From an uncultured delta proteobacterium (GTDB lineage Bacteria > Desulfobacterota > Desulfomonilia > Desulfomonilales > Desulfomonilaceae): 64,000 bases of DNA. The notes under the pieces were generated by a model that was not told the origin of the DNA, searched no databases, and worked only from the letters and a program-made list of their open reading frames with translations. Position 1 is the first letter of the stretch; each line of letters opens with the position of its first letter. The stretch is taken from assembly GCA_963789265.1 (NCBI GenBank), contig CAWBKB010000001.1:2400001-2464000 (forward strand), in the 5' to 3' direction. Both the position numbers and the translations under genes were made by a program. This document shows positions 30,627-39,751 of this stretch, one piece after another.

Positions 30627-30730
30627 AAAGGCGTTCAAGCAACGCCAAGCAGTGTCAAGCACTGCGGGAATTTTCAATTGAGCCTCCTCTGTGACCGATT
30701 TCGGTCACTATTGGGATACGGAGAACTCCA

Positions 30731-31570
30731 GTGAAAGTTCTTTCAATGCCTGATGTCCAGAGCCTCCCCGATGGACGCAACCTGGCGATCGACAAGGTCG
30801 GCGTGAAAGGGTTGCGCTATCCTATCTCCGTCAAGGATCGAAGAAAAGGTTTACAGCACACTGTAGGGCTTTTTGACCTTTTCGTCAATCTCCCGCATGA
30901 TTTCAAAGGGACCCACATGAGTCGATTCATAGAGGCCCTTAATGAGTTTCGAGGCGAAATCTCGATGGAGAAGTTTCAGGAGATCCTGGAAAAGATCAAG
31001 GGAAAACTCCATGCCAAGAGCGCACACATGAATGTGGAATTCCCCTACTTCGTCGAAAAGACTGCACCGATTACGGCAACTCCCGGCCTCATGTCTTACA
31101 CATGCTTCATGAGTGGAGCGCTGGCGGAGTCCTTTGACCTCATCGTAGGAGTCGAAGTGCCTGTAATGACCGTCTGCCCGTGCTCCAAAGAGATCTCGGA
31201 CCACGGAGCGCACAACCAGCGCGGGATGGTGAGAGTTCAGCTTAGGTTCAAGAAGTTTTTCTGGATCGAGGAAATAATCGAGGTTGTTGAATCGTCTGTC
31301 AGCTCTGAAATTTACTCGCTACTTAAGCGACCCGATGAAAAGTTCGTTACGGAGCGAGCCCACGAGAACCCTATGTTCGTTGAGGATGTGGTGCGGTCTG
31401 CCGTTTCGCGTCTGCGGGAAATGGACAACTTCCCCTGGTACCGAATAGAGGCGGAGAATTTTGAATCCATCCATAATCACAGCGCCTATGCAATGATAGA
31501 AAAAGATTTTTCCCCTGAGCCCGAGTGTTTTCAGAGACCAGCCGCCACGAGGCACAACGGTTCGATTTAG
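30731..31570 (+). CDS. folE2: GTP cyclohydrolase IB
   Basis: KGTHMSRF, CPCSKEIS..GAHNQR, LKRPDEK, FVEDVVR, ESIHNH. Confidence 0.95.
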   Translation: MKVLSMPDVQSLPDGRNLAIDKVGVKGLRYPISVKDRRKGLQHTVGLFDLFVNLPHDFKGTHMSRFIEALNEFRGEISMEKFQEILEKIKGKLHAKSAHMNVEFPYFVEKTAPITATPGLMSYTCFMSGALAESFDLIVGVEVPVMTVCPCSKEISDHGAHNQRGMVRVQLRFKKFFWIEEIIEVVESSVSSEIYSLLKRPDEKFVTERAHENPMFVEDVVRSAVSRLREMDNFPWYRIEAENFESIHNHSAYAMIEKDFSPEPECFQRPAATRHNGSI

Positions 31571-31607
31571 GCAAATTGTCCGGTCTGCTCTAAATACGCG
31601 GGATAAG

Positions 31608-32216
31608 CTATAGAGTTGAACTCCCTTGCTTCCCTGCGAAAACAGGATTTTCTGGATCATTTGCCCACTGCTCGGGATTTGCGGCTATGTAATTACCGAT
31701 AGCTTCCAGTGCTTTCTCATTGCGTATCACGTGGTCGTAATAATTGCGTTGCCAGACAGGGAGCCCAGGAGTACAGCGAAATTCATTAATTAATCTGGTA
31801 CACGCAGACTTGAATCCGCCAACGAATGCCGCAAGAGACCGGCTCCCGGGACCCCGCGCTCGTAGGGGCGACTGGCGGTCGCCCTTCTGGTCTTGTTTCG
31901 GAAGGTTAGGGCGACCGCCAGTCGCCCCTACAGAAGCAGAGATGTCCTTACGGATGAAGACGATTCCATGCAGATGATTGGGCATCACCACAAACGTGTC
32001 CAAATGGATTTCACGCCGCATCCTGGCAGAGTCCAACCACTGTGTTTGCACGATGGTCCCGAAATCGCTCAACTGTGACTCTCCGTCGTGTGTTGCTCCA
32101 AACAAACATTCCCGCTCGTGCGTGCAAATAGTGACGAAGTATGCTCCTCCCTGAGAATAATCATAATCTTTCAGGCGAATTGAACGCCTGTAATGTTTTT
32201 CCGGATCATGTTTCAT
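31608..32216 (-). CDS. REP-associated tyrosine transposase (RAYT, Y1/HUH)
   Basis: RRSIRLKDYDYS..GAYFVTICT, VVMPNHLHGI (HUH), WQRNYYDHVIR, YIAANP..W. Confidence 0.92.
   Translation of the reverse strand: MKHDPEKHYRRSIRLKDYDYSQGGAYFVTICTHERECLFGATHDGESQLSDFGTIVQTQWLDSARMRREIHLDTFVVMPNHLHGIVFIRKDISASVGATGGRPNLPKQDQKGDRQSPLRARGPGSRSLAAFVGGFKSACTRLINEFRCTPGLPVWQRNYYDHVIRNEKALEAIGNYIAANPEQWANDPENPVFAGKQGSSTL
31862..31931. repeat. 70-bp REP doublet inside the RAYT coding sequence
   Basis: gtaggggcgactggcggtcgccc...gggcgaccgccagtcgcccctac; 66/70 identical to 32271-32340. Confidence 0.9.
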
Positions 32217-32270
32217 TTCTTGACTTCGTGACGGGGCTCCACCAGGCGCCAGATCTTCACGGTTACTCAT

Positions 32271-32340
32271 GTAGGGGCGACTGGCGGTCGCCCTTCTGTA
32301 CTTGCTTCGGAAAGTTAGGGCGACCGCCAGTCGCCCCTAC
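32271..32340. repeat. 70-bp REP doublet upstream of RAYT
   Basis: Same doublet as 31862-31931. Confidence 0.9.
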
Positions 32341-32377
32341 AGTAACAACATCCCGAGTGTCGGGCTGTGAAACCGCT

Positions 32378-32716
32378 TCAAAAGAAATCTGCGTTGAATG
32401 CGTCTTGGATGATTTCCACGACTGCGGGCTCACCCATTGTAACAATTACGACATCAAAACGTGCCGGCGGAACCTCACGGTAACGTTTTTCCAGATAGAT
32501 TTGCGCTGCTCGTATGATTCTCTTCTGCTTTTGCCGGTCCACGGAAAACACAGGGTTTAGCGCTGAGGCCGACCCTCGCGACCGCACCTCGACAAACACG
32601 AGCTCTCCCTGGTGTTGCGCTACAATATCTATTTCACCGAGCTTGCATGCAAAGTTCTTCTCGACAATACGATAGCCGCGGCCTTGGAGGTCGTCAGCCG
32701 CGATTTGTTCGGCCAA
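32378..32716 (-). CDS. YraN family (UPF0102) endonuclease-like protein
   Basis: GYRIVEKNF..GEIDIVA...FVEVRSR, RFDVV; the true start may lie a little upstream. Confidence 0.88.
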   Translation of the reverse strand: MAEQIAADDLQGRGYRIVEKNFACKLGEIDIVAQHQGELVFVEVRSRGSASALNPVFSVDRQKQKRIIRAAQIYLEKRYREVPPARFDVVIVTMGEPAVVEIIQDAFNADFF

Positions 32717-32792
32717 ACTACCTTTGTCACGGGTGTTCGTGCCACTTTTTGCTCGCGATAATAAATCTTTCAGAATTGGAGGGCCTCTCCTC

Positions 32793-35700
32793 TTACAATT
32801 TCGCTTCCATCATTCGTTCGTGCAACCGCCGAGACTGCAAGGCGAATGCTTCCAATCTCGCTTCAATAATCTGAGGAAATGCATTCCCATCGGTTTCAAT
32901 AGCCAGAAACGGGAGTTTTTGATTCTTGTTCAACAAAGACTTCCGGCCACGGTCATGGCCGTTGGTTTGTGAAAGGAGGGCCAATTTCTCACCGGAAGTG
33001 AATTTTTCCGAGAGAATTGATTCAGCTACTCTGCTGGGCATACAACCGAACGGCCCGATAGAGATGATCCCGCATGCAGGATGAAGGATTTCGTGAAGGG
33101 CCGCGCCCACCGTCAGAATCGCCTCGCCAGTGAGCATCGGTGAAACGAATTTCTCCCCTGCGTGGATAAGATCCTCAACGTAAAGGGTCTCGTGAAAGAA
33201 CAGGCCCGACGGAGCAAACAGATGTCGAATCTTTCGGTCAAAATGCCGTTTCACAAAATACCGAATCCAGAAAGGAATGTCCGGCTGGCCTTCTATGCGA
33301 TTCTTTATGAGCCAATCGACATATTTTATCCATTCGCTGGTCTGAGAAGTTCGCACAATGAATCCACGGTCTGCCATCTTTTCAACCAGCTTCTGCAAAG
33401 AGATGGGATCATTTCGCACGTATATCTCGCCGATGAGCGAGATCTTTGGGATCTCCTCGTACGGCATCTTCAGAGGGATACCGGCCAACGTTTGAGCCGA
33501 GGATCGAATCTGAACGCGGATCTCTTTCCACGAACGATGGACGACTTGCACAAGAGAATCCCATTCACGATAAAATATCTCCAGAGCCGATTCCCGATCC
33601 GCGGCCGCGGCCATTAGCGTGGACCAGATCTCATACATCACGTCACCGATGATAATGGCCCGCCATGCGGGTAAAGTGAAACGATCTCCCAATCCCATAT
33701 ACCCGTTCGCCGAATTCAACGTGAGCACAGCCGCGTCGGGGATTTGGTATCTTTCGATGAGGCGACGAGAAAACACATTGTACTGGCCGAACCGGCACGG
33801 ACCACCCGCTCCGGGCATGAAATAGGCGGTCACTTCACCCGACGGCCTTTCACGCCAGAAATAGTTGAGCATAGACCCTACAGTGGTTTGGAGAGGTAAA
33901 CACTCTTTGCAGGTAGAGTTCCCGCGACCGATCTTGAGCACTTCATCGTCCGCAGGCGGCAGGCCATGAGCGTTAATCCCGACCTTCTTGAAGGTTTGGA
34001 CGAGCGCCTGATGAGCGAAGCGGCCCATTGCGGGCAAGACGACTCGGACATTGGGGTCGGTAAGGGCTAGCTTTCTCCCGTCAGCGGTAGCAACGACCGG
34101 TTTTCCATCGACGATTGCAGCGACCGCGGCCCGAAACTCTTTCCGGGTCGCGGGAAGTTGCTTCTTGCTTTCAAGCTCTACGTAGTACCTTACAATATCG
34201 AGAAAAGCCTCTATACGTGTTTCAAGTCCGGCGTCCGCGGTGTGACTGTCGAGTTCCAGAGTCAGCGAGGGCTTACGCCCCATTTCTTCTCGGAAATATC
34301 CCACCACGAAGGAGTCCGGTCCGCACGAAAAGTTGCTGATATAAGTCCCGAACAGCCTCGGGTGATTCTTGACGAACCGGGCAGCCTTCAGAATCATCCT
34401 GCCCATGGACCAGTACATAGTATCCTCGTCGTCGAAGGTTTGGTCTTCGTAGGGCAGCATGTCAAACGGTATTATCCGATAACCCCTTGACGCGAATTTA
34501 GCCGGTATGCCTTTGTTAGCCTCACCTGCGAAGGCATTGTAGGGTCGGCCGAAAAGTACGATTGCAAGGGCGTCGCGATCTTCTTCAAGCTCTTGCAGCA
34601 TTTTTGCGCCCGAAGCGCGCATCTCTTCTCTGCAAGCGGCCTGAGCCTCCAGCGCTTCCCTGAATGCCCGCAACCCATCGGCCCGCGAGCGACCCAACTC
34701 CAAAGCAACCTTGATAAATTCATCGGTTCTCGGTTCGAAACCTCGGCTAAGATCCAGATAAGGAGTGACCACCTTCTTGGACTGCAAGCGCTCAAAGGTA
34801 CTCTTCAGGTAAAAGGCTTCCCCTTGAACGAAAACGCAGGTACAGGTGTTGGCGTTCTCGCTGTCGGTGGGTACGCCTCTTATGTGCGGAAGAAAGAGTA
34901 TTTCAGGTTCCTTGTCCAGGAGGTTCGCCATGAACCCATGAGCTATTTCCACAGGGAAACAGAAAGCTGCACCCTGCTGATCGACCCCTGCCGCTTCTAC
35001 TGAGTCGGGCAATACCAACCGGTATCCCAGCGTCTTGAAAAAGGCATTAAAGAACGGGAAATAGGTATTTACGAGGAACGAACGGTTCATGCCGATTGTT
35101 GGCCGGTTATCCACCACGCCGGCGGCATCGAGATCGCGAAAAACGATTCTTTGGCGATGGTCCACCATGTCGAGGGCGCTCTTGTCGAATTCCAAGTGAC
35201 GGATAAGATTTACGTACCGGTTACAAGCACCGCCAAAGGGGTACGTTTTCCCCTCTATCTCAATCCGAGCAATTTCACACCTTCGGTCACATTTTTCTTT
35301 CCCGCCGCCGCACACAAAAGGGTTCTTGTAGACCACGTCACGAGCGGCCAGTCGGTTGAGGTCAAAAGAAGCCTCGTTCAGCAGTCCGACTGCAATTCGC
35401 CTTTCCACTTCGAGTGCCACCCCGAATGCGCCCATGAGTCCGGGTTCGGGTGGGACAACAATTTCTTTTCCGGTGAGCGCGGACATGGCCGCAGGAATTG
35501 CCTCGTTGTAGCAGACCCCGCCCTGCATAAAGACCTTTTTTCCAACCGGCCTATTGCCTTTGACTCGGTTCGAGTAATTCATGCAGATGGAATACACTAA
35601 GCCTGCTACGATATCGTTTACGGGGATCCCCTCCTGTGCTGCATTTTTTATGTCAGACCCTATGAAAGCGGCGCACTGATCGTTGAAGTTTGGAGGATTT

Positions 35701-37079
35701 TGGCCCGTATATGCCACCGAGCCGATGTCGGTAACTTTGAGCCCGAGACTCTCTTTAGCCGACTCCTCCAGGAATGAGCCCGTCCCAGCGCTGCACGCTT
35801 CATTCATTGCGTAGTCGCTGGGGACCCCGTTGGTAATGTACGTATATTTCGCATCCTGGCCCCCGATTTCGAAAATGGTATCCACCTGAGGGTCAAAGTG
35901 CACTGCCGCGGCGGCATGCGCTATGATCTCGTTGAGCACGCCGTCGGTCATTGCGTGAAGTCCGGAAATCTGCCGACCCGATCCGGTAACTCCCAATCCT
36001 ATGATGCTTATGGGGACATCAATCTGTTGGGCGAGGCTGCTGTAGACTTTCCGGGAAGCTCCAACCGGATCGCCGTCGGTTCGAAGGTAGTCGGCTGCCA
36101 GTATAGCCTTATCGCGGCAGCGCATGATTACCCCCTTGGTTGTAGTGGACCCCACATCCAGACCCAACACCGTGCGGTCGCCGGCTTCAGCTTTTCCCCG
36201 AGGCCGATCTTCGAAACGGACCATGTGCCGAAATTCCGACAAGGGCTTGAGGTATGAGAAGGCAGACCCTTTATTCTGATAGACATCATCGGGGCCGGTG
36301 TAAGGGACAGTAGGATTATCCAGAGCCCACAAAGCAGCCCCAAGTGCTTCAAAATAGGGAGACTCTTCGGGGATGTGAAGGTCTTCAATCTCCTTGGCGA
36401 GATAATGCATCATGGTCTGATTACGGGATGAACCGCCGACGAGAAGTACAGACTTCTTCGGCAGCTTTTTCAGCAACTCGACCACTTTGGCGGCCATCAT
36501 CTTGGCGAGGCCGGCCACCACCTGCCCCTTCGGGATGCCCTTGTTCAGAGCGTGAGTGCAGTCACTCTTGCAGAAGACGGAACACCGGCCCGAGACCTTG
36601 TGTGGGTGGTCGGATATTCCGAGCTTGGCCACGTCCTCAAGGGTAATGTTCATCCTCCGGATTTGTTGGAGAAAGAACTCACCTGTGCCGGAAGCGCATT
36701 TGTTACCGGTTTGTATTCCCTGGATTTGCCCGTCTTCATCCAGGTGGTACACGAGAAATGTCTCTCCTCCCGCGCTGACGACCACTCGATAAGAATCATC
36801 CTTGCCGAGTATATGTGCCACAGCTCTCTCGACTGCCTCGGGTTCGGATATGGTAGTCAACCTGATAAAATTAATGAATTTTCGTCCAGTGACTGCTATC
36901 GGGATGTCACGAGCTTGAGGGATCTCTTCAAGTGCATCGAGCAGGGTTTTCCTGGGGTTCCCCTCATGGGTGATCGTCGAGGCACCAATTACCTCGATCA
37001 CATCGTCATCCTTGCGCAGGCGCACCATGCCGAGCGTGGAGGCTCCCAAACAAATACCCAGAGCTTCCATGAGCAACAC
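32793..37079 (-). CDS. 2-hydroxyacyl-CoA dehydratase activase-like fusion (two BcrA/D-type ASKHA ATPase domains plus DUF2229)
   Basis: KCASGTG, CSVFCKSD, GLDVGSTTTK, EIGGQDAK, MNEACSAGTG, GRPYN, SCGPD, GPFGCMP. Confidence 0.88.
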   Translation of the reverse strand: MLLMEALGICLGASTLGMVRLRKDDDVIEVIGASTITHEGNPRKTLLDALEEIPQARDIPIAVTGRKFINFIRLTTISEPEAVERAVAHILGKDDSYRVVVSAGGETFLVYHLDEDGQIQGIQTGNKCASGTGEFFLQQIRRMNITLEDVAKLGISDHPHKVSGRCSVFCKSDCTHALNKGIPKGQVVAGLAKMMAAKVVELLKKLPKKSVLLVGGSSRNQTMMHYLAKEIEDLHIPEESPYFEALGAALWALDNPTVPYTGPDDVYQNKGSAFSYLKPLSEFRHMVRFEDRPRGKAEAGDRTVLGLDVGSTTTKGVIMRCRDKAILAADYLRTDGDPVGASRKVYSSLAQQIDVPISIIGLGVTGSGRQISGLHAMTDGVLNEIIAHAAAAVHFDPQVDTIFEIGGQDAKYTYITNGVPSDYAMNEACSAGTGSFLEESAKESLGLKVTDIGSVAYTGQNPPNFNDQCAAFIGSDIKNAAQEGIPVNDIVAGLVYSICMNYSNRVKGNRPVGKKVFMQGGVCYNEAIPAAMSALTGKEIVVPPEPGLMGAFGVALEVERRIAVGLLNEASFDLNRLAARDVVYKNPFVCGGGKEKCDRRCEIARIEIEGKTYPFGGACNRYVNLIRHLEFDKSALDMVDHRQRIVFRDLDAAGVVDNRPTIGMNRSFLVNTYFPFFNAFFKTLGYRLVLPDSVEAAGVDQQGAAFCFPVEIAHGFMANLLDKEPEILFLPHIRGVPTDSENANTCTCVFVQGEAFYLKSTFERLQSKKVVTPYLDLSRGFEPRTDEFIKVALELGRSRADGLRAFREALEAQAACREEMRASGAKMLQELEEDRDALAIVLFGRPYNAFAGEANKGIPAKFASRGYRIIPFDMLPYEDQTFDDEDTMYWSMGRMILKAARFVKNHPRLFGTYISNFSCGPDSFVVGYFREEMGRKPSLTLELDSHTADAGLETRIEAFLDIVRYYVELESKKQLPATRKEFRAAVAAIVDGKPVVATADGRKLALTDPNVRVVLPAMGRFAHQALVQTFKKVGINAHGLPPADDEVLKIGRGNSTCKECLPLQTTVGSMLNYFWRERPSGEVTAYFMPGAGGPCRFGQYNVFSRRLIERYQIPDAAVLTLNSANGYMGLGDRFTLPAWRAIIIGDVMYEIWSTLMAAAADRESALEIFYREWDSLVQVVHRSWKEIRVQIRSSAQTLAGIPLKMPYEEIPKISLIGEIYVRNDPISLQKLVEKMADRGFIVRTSQTSEWIKYVDWLIKNRIEGQPDIPFWIRYFVKRHFDRKIRHLFAPSGLFFHETLYVEDLIHAGEKFVSPMLTGEAILTVGAALHEILHPACGIISIGPFGCMPSRVAESILSEKFTSGEKLALLSQTNGHDRGRKSLLNKNQKLPFLAIETDGNAFPQIIEARLEAFALQSRRLHERMMEAKL

Positions 37080-37213
37080 TCCCTTTTTTGCTTACGGGTG
37101 ATTCTGTATAGGAATAACTTAAACTACTAGTATAAACGAGCCGCACATGACCGGCAAGACTTACTCAGCAAGGCGGGCAAATCGTTAATTCGCGCTGGAG
37201 AATCGCTCCAAAT

Positions 37214-37867
37214 TCAATGAAAGTACTCGTAAATCCCCAGCGTAATCAGAATCAACCCGGAAATTCGGCCGGCAAACTTTCCAAACCAATGCACGCCGGA
37301 ATATTGCCCGAACTCTATCCCAAACCAAATCGTGAGAATGCTAAGTGCCGCTGTGAATGCTACCATCAAGGCCACATCGAGTCTCAACAGGCCCGCGCCG
37401 ATCCCATTGCTCAAATTATTCAACGATAATGCCAGGGCCAGCAAGAATCCTTCCCTCAGGTCGATGTGCCCGGAAAAATCCGCGTCAGCGAGAAATGGAT
37501 GATCGAGAATCGCAAGCATCTTCCTGAGACCCGACTGATTGGAAAGCGTCGTCTCTTGAAACTGCTGGGGCCCATCGCTTTGTAACTCATCCCGTCGAGA
37601 AATCTCCTGAGCAAAGACCCAAACTCCTGTGCCTCCAATCATGAGAGCGCCCAGGGCAGTCGCCACATTTTGATTTATGAGGCGGCCTATTTCGTTGCCG
37701 GCGGCCATCGAAAGATAAGTTCCGAAAGATGTGACGATAGCAATAAGCAAATTAGCGTTGAAAGGGATATTTATCTTTCTGACTCCGTAGGACGTACCAA
37801 CTCCCACGTTATCAAGGTTGCTCGACAGGGCAAGCAAAAAGATAGAAATGATATGTAGATTGGTCAT
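37214..37867 (-). CDS. YtaF/MntP-family membrane protein
   Basis: LALSSNLDNVGVGTSYG and LALSLNNLSNGIGAG repeats; about 6 TM helices. Confidence 0.8.
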   Translation of the reverse strand: MTNLHIISIFLLALSSNLDNVGVGTSYGVRKINIPFNANLLIAIVTSFGTYLSMAAGNEIGRLINQNVATALGALMIGGTGVWVFAQEISRRDELQSDGPQQFQETTLSNQSGLRKMLAILDHPFLADADFSGHIDLREGFLLALALSLNNLSNGIGAGLLRLDVALMVAFTAALSILTIWFGIEFGQYSGVHWFGKFAGRISGLILITLGIYEYFH

Positions 37868-37884
37868 TCTTCTCTCTAATGAGA

Positions 37885-38298
37885 TTAGCCGGGCGCGCTG
37901 TCTTCGGTCTCGTCCTTCTTTGTGTCGGCCCTTTTTCTCTCTTTATGCTCTACTAATCTCGGTTTCGGATGTGCGTCAGCGCCCGCCCCTTGCGCAGGAC
38001 GTGCCTTTTCCGTCGCCTCCGATTCCTTTTCCTTGACCGCGCTCACTTTCCGAGCCGACGGTCGCTTCTCTTTGCTTACGGCCGCGGACCGCCCTTCCCT
38101 TCGGCCTTCGCAAACCTCCGCGCAAGTTTGCCGTCCCGTTTCGTACAGCAGGAACCCGCTCTTTAGAATCGCCTTTAGCAACGGCCTCACAGTGTACCAT
38201 GCCAACGGCACAACCACAGGCGCTGCGAGTAAACCGGCGCCGACTGCGACACCGGTCCAGATATCGCCACTCTTCGGTCTGAAATCCCAGATTGCCAT
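37885..38298 (-). CDS. DUF5132-like small membrane protein with basic tail
   Basis: WTGVAVGAGLLAAPVVVP...RPLLKAILKSG..LYE; paralogue of 44856-45122. Confidence 0.75.
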   Translation of the reverse strand: MAIWDFRPKSGDIWTGVAVGAGLLAAPVVVPLAWYTVRPLLKAILKSGFLLYETGRQTCAEVCEGRREGRSAAVSKEKRPSARKVSAVKEKESEATEKARPAQGAGADAHPKPRLVEHKERKRADTKKDETEDSAPG

Positions 38299-38383
38299 GT
38301 GCTGCCCCTCTCTACCGGACTGTTTTGGGCGCCACGACACCGCAATCAGGTATGCTATCAGACATAAGGCTGTCGTCAGCCGC

Positions 38384-38411
38384 TGACAATGTCAAGTTAG
38401 GATTCTGTCAA
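38384..38411 (-). promoter_or_regulatory. 11-bp-periodic direct-repeat box (OmpR/PhoB-type)
   Basis: Minus strand TTGACA-N5-CTAACT-N5-TTGTCA upstream of the 38298 gene. Confidence 0.4.
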
Positions 38412-38441
38412 TCGCGTTTGTCATGACACCAAATGAAAGAC

Positions 38442-38624
38442 TCAGTCTTCAGTCAACTCGTCAACAATAAGAGAACCGATTTTACTCTCCGCGGCTTCTA
38501 TTTCTTCTATCTCCTTGCAAGTCGTCGGGCTTAGGAGGCCGTAGGTCTCGACGATCTTTTCCAGATATTCGGCGATTACTCGTCCCAGGTGCATCCCCAC
38601 CGACAATCCGATCCAAAACTCCAT
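38442..38624 (-). CDS. Small GxxxG-containing hypothetical protein
   Basis: 60 aa; WIGLSVGMHLG; acidic C-terminus; GGGGA RBS. Confidence 0.55.
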   Translation of the reverse strand: MEFWIGLSVGMHLGRVIAEYLEKIVETYGLLSPTTCKEIEEIEAAESKIGSLIVDELTED

Positions 38625-38750
38625 GATGTTTCCCCATAAGGTCTGAGATGTGAGAGGCCCGCGCCGTAGCGATTTACCAGCCCCACGCGGCGCGCTGAGC
38701 CAGTCCTACCGCGTATATGCCGGGTATGCTGTACCTGCCGGCCAGGTCTA

Positions 38751-38841
38751 ATACCGATTCGCATTCAGAATCCCCCCGTCCCCCCTTTACTAAAGGAGGG
38801 TTAGAGGGGATTTTCTCACAATCTTGAAAGCGAATCGGTAT
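38751..38841. mobile_element. MITE-like element
   Basis: TIR ATACCGATTCGC(A/T)TTCA; encloses a cccccctttactaaaggaggg hairpin. Confidence 0.65.
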
Positions 38842-39008
38842 AAAACCGGACGAGCAGCCTTCCCGACGAAGAGTTGCTTTCCGGTCTTACCCCATTGTCG
38901 CCACAGTCCCTCGCCCCATGTAGACATTTTGCGGACCCCAACACGGCGTCGCAAGCCTAAGATCATGCAAAGACATGAAATCCTCAAAGAAGACTTCCAC
39001 ATTAAGAA

Positions 39009-39036
39009 TTAATTTGTTGCTAATACTAGCCTAACA
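39009..39036 (+). promoter_or_regulatory. 11-bp-periodic direct-repeat box
   Basis: TTAATT-N5-CTAATA-N5-CTAACA upstream of the 39130 gene. Confidence 0.45.
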
Positions 39037-39129
39037 TTTTGTCGGCATTAGTTTAAACAGATTCATACGACGAAATTCCTCGTCGTCCAAATAGTCGTAC
39101 TGCTGGTCAGAATCCAAAGGGAGAAAGGC

Positions 39130-39501
39130 ATGAGCTATTATCTCCACGACGTGCCGGGGCGTATGAGAATCCAGATTCCGGCGTTGAAGAGGAATTCCGA
39201 ACGGGCGCAAGATGTTCAGGAGCTGTTGGACAGCCTCTCGGGCGTCAAATCGACCTCCGTGAACCCTGTTACAGGGAGTGTGATAGTTCTTTACGATCCG
39301 CAAGTAGTGCATTCTTCGACCATTCTGACACTTCTTTCCAGGGAAAGGCACATTGACATCGCAAGAATAATCTCAAGCCGTCAACATCTCGAGGCTGGCC
39401 TTTCCAAGGCGGGCCGCGCAGCGTCCAAAGCCCTCATAGGTATCGCATTGGATCTAGCGTTAGAGGGTTCTCCCTTATCGATTCTCACAGCCTTCATTTA
39501 G
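39130..39501 (+). CDS. HMA2 (CoBaHMA-type) domain protein
   Basis: YLHDVPGRMRIQIP...NPVTGSVIVLYD; no CxxC; C-terminal hydrophobic helix. Confidence 0.8.
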   Translation: MSYYLHDVPGRMRIQIPALKRNSERAQDVQELLDSLSGVKSTSVNPVTGSVIVLYDPQVVHSSTILTLLSRERHIDIARIISSRQHLEAGLSKAGRAASKALIGIALDLALEGSPLSILTAFI

Positions 39502-39751
39502 AGTTTCCCGCTAAAATAGGCCGCACCTAAATTCGCTCCTTGTCCCCAATTCTCGAGCGGGCGCAGCATCCTGCGCCCCCACCTTCGTAACGTGACTGGC
39601 CTCTTGGTGGCGACGGGCATCTTGCCCGTCATTTCTAATGGACAGGCTGGAAGCCTGTCCCACCAATCTAAATTCGGTGCCAACTCTCTCGAAAACCACT
39701 ATAAACGAATTTCGATGCGGTCCGCGGTCGTTGATGAAACGCGCCGAGCAA

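Noticed and set aside
31862..32340. Repeats resembling a CRISPR array or DGR template/variable pair
   Set aside because: Only two palindromic doublets; no unique spacers, cas genes or reverse transcriptase; differences are not adenine-specific
32793..37079. ATP-dependent benzoyl-CoA reductase (BcrAD)
   Set aside because: Architecture is the widespread double-activase plus DUF2229 fusion; no bcrB/C partners adjacent
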